Shown in pieces: positions 35,543 to 45,700 of a stretch of 64,000 nt of DNA (positions are counted from its first letter, which is position 1; the number at the start of each line of letters is the position of its first letter). Where the stretch lies: assembly GCA_050175015.1 (NCBI GenBank), contig JBFXJJ010000007.1, positions 10,513 through 74,512 of the forward strand. Reading direction: 5' to 3'. The notes beneath the pieces are model-generated. The model was not told the origin of the DNA. It saw nothing but the letters and a program-made list of their open reading frames with translations, and did no database searches. The position numbers and the translations under genes are program-made. Origin of the DNA: Alphaproteobacteria bacterium (GTDB lineage Bacteria; Pseudomonadota; Alphaproteobacteria; JBFXJJ01).

Positions 35543-38500
35543 TCAATCTTTATAATCGCTTTTACTTGCTATTAATTCCTTAATTCCTAAAAGGTTTGAC
35601 TTGTCAAATAAGTCAATAATATTAATTTTGGTTTTAAATTCTTGGTTTATTTTTTCTAAGAGTATTCCAATAGTTAAGCTGTCGCCACCTAGTTCAAAGA
35701 ATGAAGTGCTATCTGTTATAATTGAGGGATTTATTTTTAAAATATCAGCAAAGATCGATTTGATAGTTTCATCGGTGTTATTTTCGCCTTTGATAAGGCT
35801 AACAAAAGCGCTAAAAACAGGAAAATCAAAAACAGTAGACAAAGAAATTTTAATATTAAACTGATCTTCCATTTTTTGAACAATAGTTGCAACTTGTAAG
35901 CTGTTGCCTCCAAGTTCAAAAAAGTTGCTGTCGGGAGAAATGTTTTTAACGCCTATAACTTCACACCAAATATCAGCTATTTGTTTTTCTAATTCAGTTT
36001 TAAAACTATAGGTGTTTTCTGCCGTTTCAGTGTAAGAGTTTACGGGCATACTGGTGAGTTTCTGTCTGTCAATCTTGCCTGTTGTTGAGATAGGAAACTC
36101 ATCAATAATATTGATATATTTAGGAAGCATTTGTAGCGGTAAAAAGGAACTTATCTTTGAGTTTATATCGGCTATATTTAATTTCTCATTAGTTTTTATC
36201 CAAGCGCAGAGTTCGTTTTCTCCCGCATCATTCCTGTGAACGGTAATTATCGCCTGTTCAATTTTGTCTCCGAGAGATTGTTTTATTTTTTGTTCAATTT
36301 CTTCAATTTCAATTCTTATGCTTCTAATTTTTACTTGAAAGTCATTTCTGCCGACAAACACTAAATGACCATTTTCATTCCAATAAACAAGATCGCCTGT
36401 TCTATAAAAGATGCCTTCACCATAAGGTGTTGTTATAAATCGTTTAGAAGTTAAATCTGGGCGGTTTAAATAGCCGTTTCCAACAGACCCCCCTCCGATT
36501 AAGAGTTCTCCTGTTTGTCCGTAAGGAACAAGTTCTAAGTTTTCATCAACCACTAGAAGAGCAGTATTGTTAATCGGGGCGCCAATAGGAACAGATTTCT
36601 GTTTAGCATCAAGCTCTGAAACTTTATGCATCGTTACCCCAATCGTAGTTTCTGTTGGACCATAGATATTAAAAACAGATTTTGTTAGAGGAAGAATGTT
36701 TTCAGCAATATCATTAGTTAAAACTTCTCCTCCGGTAACTAAGTTGAGATTTGGGGAACCCTTCCAGTTATGAGAAAGTAAAAGACGGCAGAGAACAGGA
36801 CCTGAAAAAACAATATCGGGTTTGTATTTATCAATATGATCGATAAGGCTTTGAGCGCTCATTGCAACAAAGTCAGGAGCAATCACTAACGAACCGTTAT
36901 TAAAGAATGTACCATAAAAATCGAGGCCAAAAGCGTCAAAGGCATAAGAGCCAACACTAAAACATTTATAATTTTTAGGAAAATCTACATTATTGAATAT
37001 AGCTTTAATTGTAGATAAGATATTTTTGTGGGATATTAATGCCCCTTTAGGTGTTCCCGTTGAGCCAGAGGTATATAAAAGATAGGCGTTATCTTCAAGT
37101 GACGCTTTACATAAAAAATGCGGGCTATCTTTTCCTAAATCTAAGTCTTGGATTAAGATGGCCGTTTCTTTAGGAATTTTTTTATCATTAAGAGTACTTT
37201 TATCTGTGAAACAAAATTTAGCATTAGCATCATTTAGCATAAAAAGAATGCGGTCAGATGGCGCTTTGTTATCAACTGCCATATAAACGCCGCCAGCTTT
37301 TAAGATAGCGAATAGTAAAATAGGAACAAATTCATCTTTTTCGAGGCAGACAGCAACGACGTCGCCCGTCTTTAAACCTTTATTTTTCAAATGATGCGCA
37401 ATGTTATCTGATATTTTGAATAAATCGCGATAGCTTGTTTCTTGGTCATTTTTATGAGAAGAAATAATTGCTGGAATATCTAAATTATCTCGGTTTACAA
37501 ATTCGATATAATCGACAATATTTTTGAAATTGGGGTTCTCAACTTTCTGCCCTTTGCCTTTCGCAATTAAATCAAGTTTTTCATCATCAGTCAGCTTTCT
37601 CTTGGCACATAAATTAAATTTGTGAGCTAATTTTATTTCTTCTTTATATTTTTCTGAAGCTTGTTTGATAAGAGAGTTAACAGAGATTTCACCTTCCAAA
37701 ATAAACGCGTTTAAAATACATAAGAAGGTTTTGAAAAAAGCATCAACTTCTTCTTTTGACAACATTTTAGGTAAATATTCAAGACGAATAAAAGCCCCAT
37801 CATGTCCAAAGGTATCAAAATAGGTAATTGTATAAGGGAAGAAAATCGCCCCGCTTGGGATATAATGGATAACAGCATCATAATCTTTGATAAGAGGAGT
37901 TGTGATATAATTGATTGAAAAATCAGGAGGACTAGGGACAGTATTTAATTTATCATAAATATATTGATAGGTTAACCTCGTTGGGCAGTTCAAATGTCGG
38001 CTGCAAGCAATAATATTTCTGCGAATTTCTTGTGCAATTTCAATTATATTAGTCTTATCTCCTAATTTGCTAACCAAAACACGGGACTCGGACATCGGTG
38101 CAACAATATCTTTATGTTCCTTTTTTCTTCGGTTTGAAGTTACATAAGAAAATCTAAAATTATCGTTGTTGTATAAAGTTTTAGAGGCTAGATAAGTTAC
38201 GGTTGTTAGAAGAGAATTTACCGTTATTTGGCAATCTTTACATTTTTGATTTAAGTCATTATAGAAATCTTTGCTAAGATAATGGTAGATGGTTTCTTGA
38301 GGACTTATATTTTGGATTGAGGGACTTTTGGTAAAAAGATATTCATTGTTTTTTTTATAATAATCTAAGAAGAAGTCTAAATCTTTTTGATAATTATCGC
38401 TGGCAAGATATTGTTTTTGATATTCTATAAAATTATCATATTGGATAACATCATCGGGGGCTTCTTGATTTTTAAGGCTTTTTAAGCATTTTAAGAAGCT

Positions 38501-38956
38501 GTTGCAGGCGTTAACAACACCTTGACCATCGGCTATTATTTGGTGCATTTTGTAAAAAATGCCAAAGTAGTTTTCCGCTAATTTTATGATATAGAAGAAA
38601 TAAAGCGGTTTATCATAAAAAGAGGCAAAAGGCTTGATAGATTCGATACGGCAAAAATCTAAAGCATAAGACAAAGGGTCTTTTTCTTTTGAAAAATCAA
38701 GATGACTAATTTCAAAATGATTACTATGACCATACTCAAATAAAACGCCGTTCTTTCCTTTTTTTAGAATAGCGGAAAAGACATCATGAAGCTTTAAAGA
38801 CATTAATAAAGTTTTTTCTACAATGGCAGCATCAAGATTTTCTCTTAATTCAAAAAAACAGGAATTGTTAAAAGGTGTTTTTTCTAAACCAATTTTTAAT
38901 TGCTCTGTCCAGATTTCGTTTTGGTTTAATGTAAGTTCTTTGATGTATTTATTCAT
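35543..38956 (-). CDS. Starter NRPS: C(HQxxxDG)-A-PCP-PCP
   Basis: Starter-type N-terminus LTLNQNEIW; MHQIIADG; A YTSGSTGTPKG, YGPTE, YRTGD, GKIDR; two PCPs (LGGNSL and LGGDSL). Confidence 0.92.
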   Translation of the reverse strand: MNKYIKELTLNQNEIWTEQLKIGLEKTPFNNSCFFELRENLDAAIVEKTLLMSLKLHDVFSAILKKGKNGVLFEYGHSNHFEISHLDFSKEKDPLSYALDFCRIESIKPFASFYDKPLYFFYIIKLAENYFGIFYKMHQIIADGQGVVNACNSFLKCLKSLKNQEAPDDVIQYDNFIEYQKQYLASDNYQKDLDFFLDYYKKNNEYLFTKSPSIQNISPQETIYHYLSKDFYNDLNQKCKDCQITVNSLLTTVTYLASKTLYNNDNFRFSYVTSNRRKKEHKDIVAPMSESRVLVSKLGDKTNIIEIAQEIRRNIIACSRHLNCPTRLTYQYIYDKLNTVPSPPDFSINYITTPLIKDYDAVIHYIPSGAIFFPYTITYFDTFGHDGAFIRLEYLPKMLSKEEVDAFFKTFLCILNAFILEGEISVNSLIKQASEKYKEEIKLAHKFNLCAKRKLTDDEKLDLIAKGKGQKVENPNFKNIVDYIEFVNRDNLDIPAIISSHKNDQETSYRDLFKISDNIAHHLKNKGLKTGDVVAVCLEKDEFVPILLFAILKAGGVYMAVDNKAPSDRILFMLNDANAKFCFTDKSTLNDKKIPKETAILIQDLDLGKDSPHFLCKASLEDNAYLLYTSGSTGTPKGALISHKNILSTIKAIFNNVDFPKNYKCFSVGSYAFDAFGLDFYGTFFNNGSLVIAPDFVAMSAQSLIDHIDKYKPDIVFSGPVLCRLLLSHNWKGSPNLNLVTGGEVLTNDIAENILPLTKSVFNIYGPTETTIGVTMHKVSELDAKQKSVPIGAPINNTALLVVDENLELVPYGQTGELLIGGGSVGNGYLNRPDLTSKRFITTPYGEGIFYRTGDLVYWNENGHLVFVGRNDFQVKIRSIRIEIEEIEQKIKQSLGDKIEQAIITVHRNDAGENELCAWIKTNEKLNIADINSKISSFLPLQMLPKYINIIDEFPISTTGKIDRQKLTSMPVNSYTETAENTYSFKTELEKQIADIWCEVIGVKNISPDSNFFELGGNSLQVATIVQKMEDQFNIKISLSTVFDFPVFSAFVSLIKGENNTDETIKSIFADILKINPSIITDSTSFFELGGDSLTIGILLEKINQEFKTKINIIDLFDKSNLLGIKELIASKSDYKD

Positions 38957-39026
38957 TTTAACTTTCCAAAAGTTATTTTTTAAATTACAAGCAACTTAGC
39001 ACCACAGTAGTGTAAAATCAAAAAAT

Positions 39027-39662
39027 ATGTTGAGTTTTTTTATGTCTTTAAGTGATGTTTTTGATAAAGATTTATTCGAGACCTTTTTTAGCAGAATAGA
39101 CAGTGTAGAGGGGAATGTTTTTTCTGAAGAAGAAACGTTGGTTGCTAAAGCTGTTGATAGCAGAAAAAAAGAATTTAGGTCAGGAAGAATTGCCTCCCGC
39201 AAAACATTGGAGCGTTGGGGATATGGCGACTCTAAAATTTTAGCAGTTAATCGTATGCCCGTTTTTCCTTTAGGAACGGTAGGCTCAATATCTCATACTA
39301 AAGAATATGTGATTGCTGTTTCAGCGCTTAGAGAAAACTGTCAGAGCATAGGGATTGATTTGGAAGAAATCTCAAGAGTATCGCAGGATTTGTGGCATTT
39401 AATTTTTACAATAAAAGAAACAGAAATCATAAAAAAAGCTGAAGAAGAATCTTTAGCGGCGCTTTTTTTTAGTGCTAAAGAATCCTTTTTTAAAATGCAG
39501 TATCCAATAACTCAAAAAATGCTCGATTTTAAAGAGGTAGAGATTAGTTTTGGCAAAGACAATTCGTGGCAGGTTAGATGTGAAAATTCTGAAATGGCAA
39601 AAGCTCTAGGGAAATATGCTGTAGAAGACGATATTGTATGTACTTTGTGTTATCTTTTATGA
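39027..39662 (+). CDS. 4'-phosphopantetheinyl transferase (EntD/Sfp type)
   Basis: RKKEFRSGR, GSISHT, IGIDLE, FSAKESFFK. Confidence 0.9.
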   Translation: MLSFFMSLSDVFDKDLFETFFSRIDSVEGNVFSEEETLVAKAVDSRKKEFRSGRIASRKTLERWGYGDSKILAVNRMPVFPLGTVGSISHTKEYVIAVSALRENCQSIGIDLEEISRVSQDLWHLIFTIKETEIIKKAEEESLAALFFSAKESFFKMQYPITQKMLDFKEVEISFGKDNSWQVRCENSEMAKALGKYAVEDDIVCTLCYLL

Positions 39663-41324
39663 TTTGTTTACAATTAAACCTTTATCCATTGTTATAACTC
39701 TATCGGCGACATCAAAGAAGCGGTCATCATGTGAAATGGCTAAAATGGTTGCACCTGTTGCCTTAAGCTCTTTTAGGAATGTGCGATAAAAATAGACCCT
39801 GAACTCAGGATCAAAATCGGCCGCAACTTCATCGAAAAGATAAATTTCTCTTCCTTCAAGCAGCGCGCAGGTAAGAGCTAAACGTTTTCTTTGTCCCGCA
39901 GATAAATCGGTGGTTGAAAATTTGCCGCTGTCAGTTAAATGGACTTTAGAGGCGAGTTCCATTTTCCCAAAAATATTATTAATTTTCTCAAGATTGTTTT
40001 GGGGAATACCAACAGGGCTTTCAAAAATATGAAAGTTGGTGAAGACAACAGCAAATAAATTGCGATAATTCTCAATATTTTTTTCATTTATAGGATTATC
40101 ATCGAGCATAATTCCGCCCTGATAGCTGGTATATAATCCTGAAATAATTCTCATAAGAGTGGTTTTGCCAGAACCATTGCCGCCTCTAATGAAGACCATT
40201 TCACCTTTATTAAGCTCAAAATCACTGATATTAATATGAAACTCGTCACTTTCATCGGCTTCATTGTATTTAAACTGCAAATTTTTAAGTTTAATTTTGC
40301 TAAAGGTTGGGACGGCAATTTCTTTATAATCCCATTTGTTAGCGATGCCGTCTTTAGCACAGCTTTCTGATGCATTGTCTAATTCATCTTCCAGCATTTG
40401 CATACCGTATAAACTAAACTCAGTTTTTGCCAGCAGAGGAATAAAGATAATTAGGCTGCTGATAGGGCTTAAGCAAAACATTCCAACAACCATTAGCTGC
40501 CCAATTACTTCAGCTTTTATGCCAAAAAAACCAGGAAGCAGAAATAAAGTTAAGCCTAAAACAAGGAAGTTCAGCATTTCAAAAAAAGTCATACCATAAG
40601 CATAACTTTTTTCAATTTTGCTGTTATAAAGCAAAGCATTATCAGCGTCAGGTATAATTTCTTTTGAAAACAAGTCAGATGTTTTGTTGCGGTTTAATTT
40701 TAACTCGGCAAAACCTTTGATTATTCCTTGCAGAGAATGAGCAAATTTTTGATTGTATTTCACTGCTTCAGCCTGAAATACGTTAAGCTGCTTGCTTGCC
40801 ATAATTAGCCGAACAACACCTAGAAGCATTAGAAAAAGCATAAAACCAGCTCCCCAGAAGGAGATGGTGAACATCTTAAACATTGCAACAATAACCATAA
40901 CAGAGCTTGAAGCCGCAATTATCATCATTCTAGCTGCTTCAATCGCAACGGCTTGATTATCTAAGAGCGTTGCTTGAATTTTAGAAATAGAAATATTTTC
41001 AAAAGAGCGCATATCTATAGCTCTGATTTTAACAGCTATGCGCATACGCCAGTCGGCAATAGCATTTAAAGCTACTAATGATACCGTTTTCATCAAATAA
41101 CGAAAACTAAAATAGAAAATAGAAATGCTAATGGCAAAAAATAAGAATTGATGAAACAAAAGATGTCCTTGTTTCATTAAAGACTGCAATCCATGTAAAA
41201 TGGCAAAAACAGTAAACCCTTGAGCGGTGCCTGCTACGATACAAAAAAACATGAGGCGAGAAAATTTTTCTCCAGCATTTTGTTTTATAAGTTGAAAAAA
41301 TAGTGTGTCTTGCAGTCTGAACAT
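39657..41324 (-). CDS. Cyclic-peptide export ABC transporter (SyrD/PvdE/YojI type, fused TMD-NBD)
   Basis: N-terminal TMD; Walker A GGNGSGKT, LSAGQRKRLAL, Walker B YLFDEVAADFDPEFR, ISHDDRFF. Confidence 0.9.
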   Translation of the reverse strand: MFRLQDTLFFQLIKQNAGEKFSRLMFFCIVAGTAQGFTVFAILHGLQSLMKQGHLLFHQFLFFAISISIFYFSFRYLMKTVSLVALNAIADWRMRIAVKIRAIDMRSFENISISKIQATLLDNQAVAIEAARMMIIAASSSVMVIVAMFKMFTISFWGAGFMLFLMLLGVVRLIMASKQLNVFQAEAVKYNQKFAHSLQGIIKGFAELKLNRNKTSDLFSKEIIPDADNALLYNSKIEKSYAYGMTFFEMLNFLVLGLTLFLLPGFFGIKAEVIGQLMVVGMFCLSPISSLIIFIPLLAKTEFSLYGMQMLEDELDNASESCAKDGIANKWDYKEIAVPTFSKIKLKNLQFKYNEADESDEFHINISDFELNKGEMVFIRGGNGSGKTTLMRIISGLYTSYQGGIMLDDNPINEKNIENYRNLFAVVFTNFHIFESPVGIPQNNLEKINNIFGKMELASKVHLTDSGKFSTTDLSAGQRKRLALTCALLEGREIYLFDEVAADFDPEFRVYFYRTFLKELKATGATILAISHDDRFFDVADRVITMDKGLIVNKS

Positions 41325-41431
41325 ACATTTAACCGTTAGAATAAATTGAAGTTAAAGGTATAACAGTTAAATATAGTTAAATGCAAGACACTATCGCTTG
41401 TTTTTAAGAATTAATTTTGCCACTATTTAGC

Positions 41432-42004
41432 TCAAGAAATGTCTTGAGCTAAATATAAAGAATTGTACTTTGCTTTTGAGTTCTGTAGCGCCTGATACAT
41501 AGGGTCTTTCTGCATTGCTTCATAATTTATTGTAGCTTTTGGTTTAGGCAGAATTTCGTATTGAGATTGGCTAATTGCGGTGCTGGATTTTTTTATAACT
41601 CCGCCCAGCATAGCGGCAATTTGTTCCGCCCTAGCTTGAGCTAAGACAGGACCTTCTTTGCCATTTATACTCCCAATCAATTGGTGACTAATTTTAGCTC
41701 CAATAGCATTGGAGCTTTTGACATAGCCGTTATTATCGATTGTCGCCACGACTTTTCCTCCGACGACAACATCGGCATAAGTTTGATAAGCCGTATTGTT
41801 TGTAGTATTTTCTATTCTTTGATATTGCAGCTCTAATACTTCTTCTAATGTTTCAATAAAAGATTCAAGGGTATCCTTAGAAAGTTCAACAGGTTTAATT
41901 TTATCTTTTAAGGCTGTAGCTTCGCCAATAATTTGCCCGTCATTATTGAGGATATAGCACTTTTCCGCCGAGTTGGAACAAATTTCAGTCATTTTAAACT
42001 CCAT
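41432..42004 (-). CDS. Hypothetical protein
   Basis: 190 aa soluble ORF with YADVVVGGKVVATIDNNG and AQARAEQIAAMLGG; no recognised function. Confidence 0.65.
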   Translation of the reverse strand: MEFKMTEICSNSAEKCYILNNDGQIIGEATALKDKIKPVELSKDTLESFIETLEEVLELQYQRIENTTNNTAYQTYADVVVGGKVVATIDNNGYVKSSNAIGAKISHQLIGSINGKEGPVLAQARAEQIAAMLGGVIKKSSTAISQSQYEILPKPKATINYEAMQKDPMYQALQNSKAKYNSLYLAQDIS

Positions 42005-42035
42005 CTTTTAAAAATCTACTTCAATCCAAAAGGCA

Positions 42036-42051
42036 AGCAAGAAATGTGCCG
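42036..42051 (-). promoter_or_regulatory. sigma54 (-24/-12) promoter
   Basis: CGGCACATTTCTTGCT vs consensus TGGCAC-N5-TTGCW, with exact GG/GC spacing, about 30 nt upstream of ATG 42004. Confidence 0.55.
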
Positions 42052-42143
42052 AGCAATAATTTTTATTAAAAATCTTGACGCTTCTTTTTTTTAAACTATG
42101 TTTTTAGAAAAAAACAACCTATGAAAAACCAAGGTATTTTAAA

Positions 42144-42623
42144 GTGAAAATTAATTTAACAAAAAATTATAAGCATGAGATTGCAAGCATTATTACAGCA
42201 GGTTTTCCTTTTGTCGTTTATAAAACAATTATGGGTCATTTAGCATATACCCAGCTTGCAAATCCTTTTTGCTATATTGCTTTTGTGTTTTGGTTTTTGG
42301 CGTTGGTTGACTTTATAATTAATTTTCTCAACTTTGTTTTTTTAATCTTTAAGGGCAAACCATTTACAGATGTTTGTTTTCTAGCTTTCTTGTTCAATTT
42401 TTTTAAGCCTAAGCATAAAGAGGATACCGATCTTTGGTATCATATTGGAACGGCCTTTGATGCTATGCTGTCTTTTTCTATTGTTGCTTTAGTTGTTGGG
42501 TTTAATTTTTTTGTTTATTTTGTTGGACACGAAGTTTATTTTTGGAACATTGCAACTGTTTTTAATGTAATTGGGGCTGGTTTTTTTCAAGTAAAAAATG
42601 CTTTGATTAATCTAAAAAAATAA
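42144..42623 (+). CDS. Hypothetical membrane protein
   Basis: 159 aa, GTG start after AAGG, 4-5 hydrophobic segments. Confidence 0.6.
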   Translation: MKINLTKNYKHEIASIITAGFPFVVYKTIMGHLAYTQLANPFCYIAFVFWFLALVDFIINFLNFVFLIFKGKPFTDVCFLAFLFNFFKPKHKEDTDLWYHIGTAFDAMLSFSIVALVVGFNFFVYFVGHEVYFWNIATVFNVIGAGFFQVKNALINLKK

Positions 42624-42742
42624 ATCAGATATTAAAAAAAATAACTTTTTATTGAAATTAAGCCTTGATAGGGCATAATTTACAAAACTAATTAACAAAC
42701 ACACGTACAAAATCTAATTTAAGCAAAATAGGTGGATAGGTT

Positions 42743-45700
42743 ATGGACAAGCAAAAATATTATCCTGACGTTGAGGCAAAAGCAGATTTTCCCAAAATAG
42801 AAGAAGATGTTTTAAGTTTTTGGGAAAAAGAAAGCATCTTTGAAAAATCAGTAAGTCAAAGAAAGGGAGCCGAAGAGTTCGTTTTTTATGATGGCCCTCC
42901 TTTTGCCAACGGCACTCCGCACTATGGTCATATTATGGTGAGCTACGTTAAAGATGTTGTCGCTCGTTATCAGACTATGAACGGTAAAAAAGTTGACCGT
43001 ATTTTAGGGTGGGACTGCCACGGTCTTCCTGCGGAAATGTCGGCTGAACAACAGCTTGGTGTTTCTGGTCGTAAAGAAATTGAAAAATTTGGAATTGCAA
43101 AATTCAATGAGTTTTGCCGTAAAGACGTTTTGAAATATTCAGGCGTTTGGATTGATGTTATTAAGAGAATTGGGCGCTGGGTAGATTATAAACACGATTA
43201 TAAAACGATGGATTTACCTTTTATGGAAAGCGTAATTCATAATTTTAAGGCACTTTATGAAAAAGGTCTTATTTATGAAGATTACCGTGTCCTGCCATAT
43301 TCTTGGGCAGCAGAAACACCGCTTTCAAACTTTGAAGTCAATCAGGGGTATAAAGAAAAAACCGACAGTGCGATAACGGTTTTGTTTGAAATGGAAAACG
43401 GATATAAATTTCTTGTTTGGACAACTACTCCGTGGACACTTCCTTCAAACCTTATGCTTGCCGTTGGTGCTGAGATTGAATATGCCGTTATGGAGGAAGC
43501 TGGTAATCAGTATATTATAGCTAAAGCTCTTCTTCCTAAATATAAACAGCAGTTTAAAGATGCCAAAGAGGTTAAAACCATTAAAGGTTCTGAGCTGGTA
43601 GGAATGAAGTATAAGCCTATGTTCCGTTTCTTTGAAAATCTAAAAGAAAGCGGAGCTTTTAAAGTTATTGCAGGCGAATTTGTTTCAGTTGAAGACGGTA
43701 CTGGTATCGTTCACATTGCACCAGGCTTTGGTGAAGATGACTTTAATGTCTGCCGCAACTATGACAAAGATTTTCCGATTGTATGCCCTGTTGATGAAGC
43801 CGGCAAATTTACGTCAGAGGTTAGTGATTATGAGGGCAAATTGGTTTTTGATACCAATGAACCAATTATGAAACTTCTTAAAGAGCAAGGCAAACTGGTC
43901 AAAAAAGAAAATTATACGCACTCTTATCCATTTTGCTGGCGCACCGATCAACCATTGATTTACAAAGCGATGTCTTCTTGGTTTGTTAAAGTTACCGATG
44001 TTAAAGATGATTTGCTAAAGAGTAATGAGCAGATGAATTGGATTCCAAGTCATATCAAAGATGGTCGTTTTGGCAAATGGCTTGAAGGTGCAAGAGACTG
44101 GTCTATTAGCCGCAATCGTTTTTGGGGAACGCCTATTCCAGTTTGGAAATCTGACAATCCCGATTTTCCAAGAATTGATGTCTTTGGATCGGTTGAAGAA
44201 ATTGCGCAAGCCAGCGGCATAAAAGTTTCTGATTTGCACAAACCATATATTGATGATGTTGTTTATCCCAATCCAGATGATAAAAGCGGCAAGACAATGA
44301 TGCACAGAGTTTCTGATGTTTTTGACTGCTGGTTTGAATCAGGTTCAATGCCTTATGGTCAAATTCACTATCCGTTTGAAAACAAAGAATGGTTTGAAAA
44401 TCATTTTCCTGCTGACTTCATTACCGAAGCTATGGATCAAACCAGAGGTTGGTTCTATACGCTAACGGTTCTTTCAACGGCTTTGCACAATCGCCCCGCA
44501 TTTAAAAACTGTCTTTGCACAGGTCTTCTAATGGGAGAAAACAACCAGAAGCTATCTAAGAGACTAAAGAATTATCCTGATCCTAATGAAGTTTTAAATA
44601 CTATTGGATCTGATACTCTTCGCTGGTTTTTAGTATCATCTCCTGTACTTAAAGGCGGCAATCTTGCCGTTGATAAAGAAGGTAAAGAAATTGCCAAAGC
44701 TGCCCGTGTGGCTTTAATTCCGTTATGGAATGCTTTCTATTTCTTCTGTCTTTATGCTAATGCTGAAGGATATAAAGCAAAAGAAACCTATGAGTCTGAA
44801 AACTCAATGGATAATTATATTCTTTCCAAACTTAAAACCTTAGCGGTAAAAGTAAAAGCAGAAATGGACATTTATAATGTTGGCAATGCTTGCAACGAAA
44901 TTGCGAATTTTATGGAAATTTTAAACAACTGGTATATCAGACGTTGCCGTAATCGTTTTTGGAGTGGTCAAGGCGATGCTTTTGATGTTCTTTATACCGT
45001 TTTATTAAATATCTGTAAGATAGTTGCACCGTTACTTCCGATGACTGGCGAACATATTTTTAAAGCCTTAAGCGATGATGAAAGTGTTCACTTAGTAGAA
45101 TATCCTAAGTTAGAAAAGGTTAAAGTTGACGAAACTTTAGTGAAGGATATGGACTTTGTAATGGCTCTTTGTTCTAGTGCTAAGGTTATCCGTGAGGATA
45201 AAAATCTGCGTAATCGTCTGCCTTTAGCTAAGCTCACGGTTGTTGGGCAAAGCTTGGAGTTTTTATCAGATGAATACCTTGATATCATTAAAGATGAAAT
45301 CAATGTTAAAGATGTTGTTAAAGAAAGCAATCTTGCTGACTATGCCAGCAATTATGTTTACCTTTACACGCCATTAATTGGAAAACGTTTGGGTTCTGCT
45401 ATGGGCAGCATAATGGGAGCATATAAAAAAGGTGAATGGCAGGTAAATGAAGACGGTACTCTTGCGATTGGCGGTCAGATTTTAAATGCAGATGAATTTG
45501 AAGCTAGGTTAGAAATGAAAGAGGGGGTTGCAGGCAAAGCTTTTTATAATAATAAAGCTTTAGTTACGATTGATACCAATGTTACTCCTGAGCTTAAGCG
45601 AGAGGGAATTGCCAGAGACTTCGTCCGTATGGTGCAGAATTACCGTAAGGAAAGCGGACTTAATGTTTCTGACAGAATAGAACTTATCTATCAAACTTCT

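Noticed and set aside
38981-39005. sigma54-like TGGTGCTAAGTTGC upstream of the starter NRPS
   Set aside because: The GG-to-GC spacing is one base short of the strict -24/-12 requirement.
17289-41324. Siderophore interpretation (PvdE-like exporter plus binding protein)
   Set aside because: No TonB-dependent receptor, Orn/Lys N-hydroxylase, aryl-acid activation or heterocyclisation domain, and no Fur box seen.
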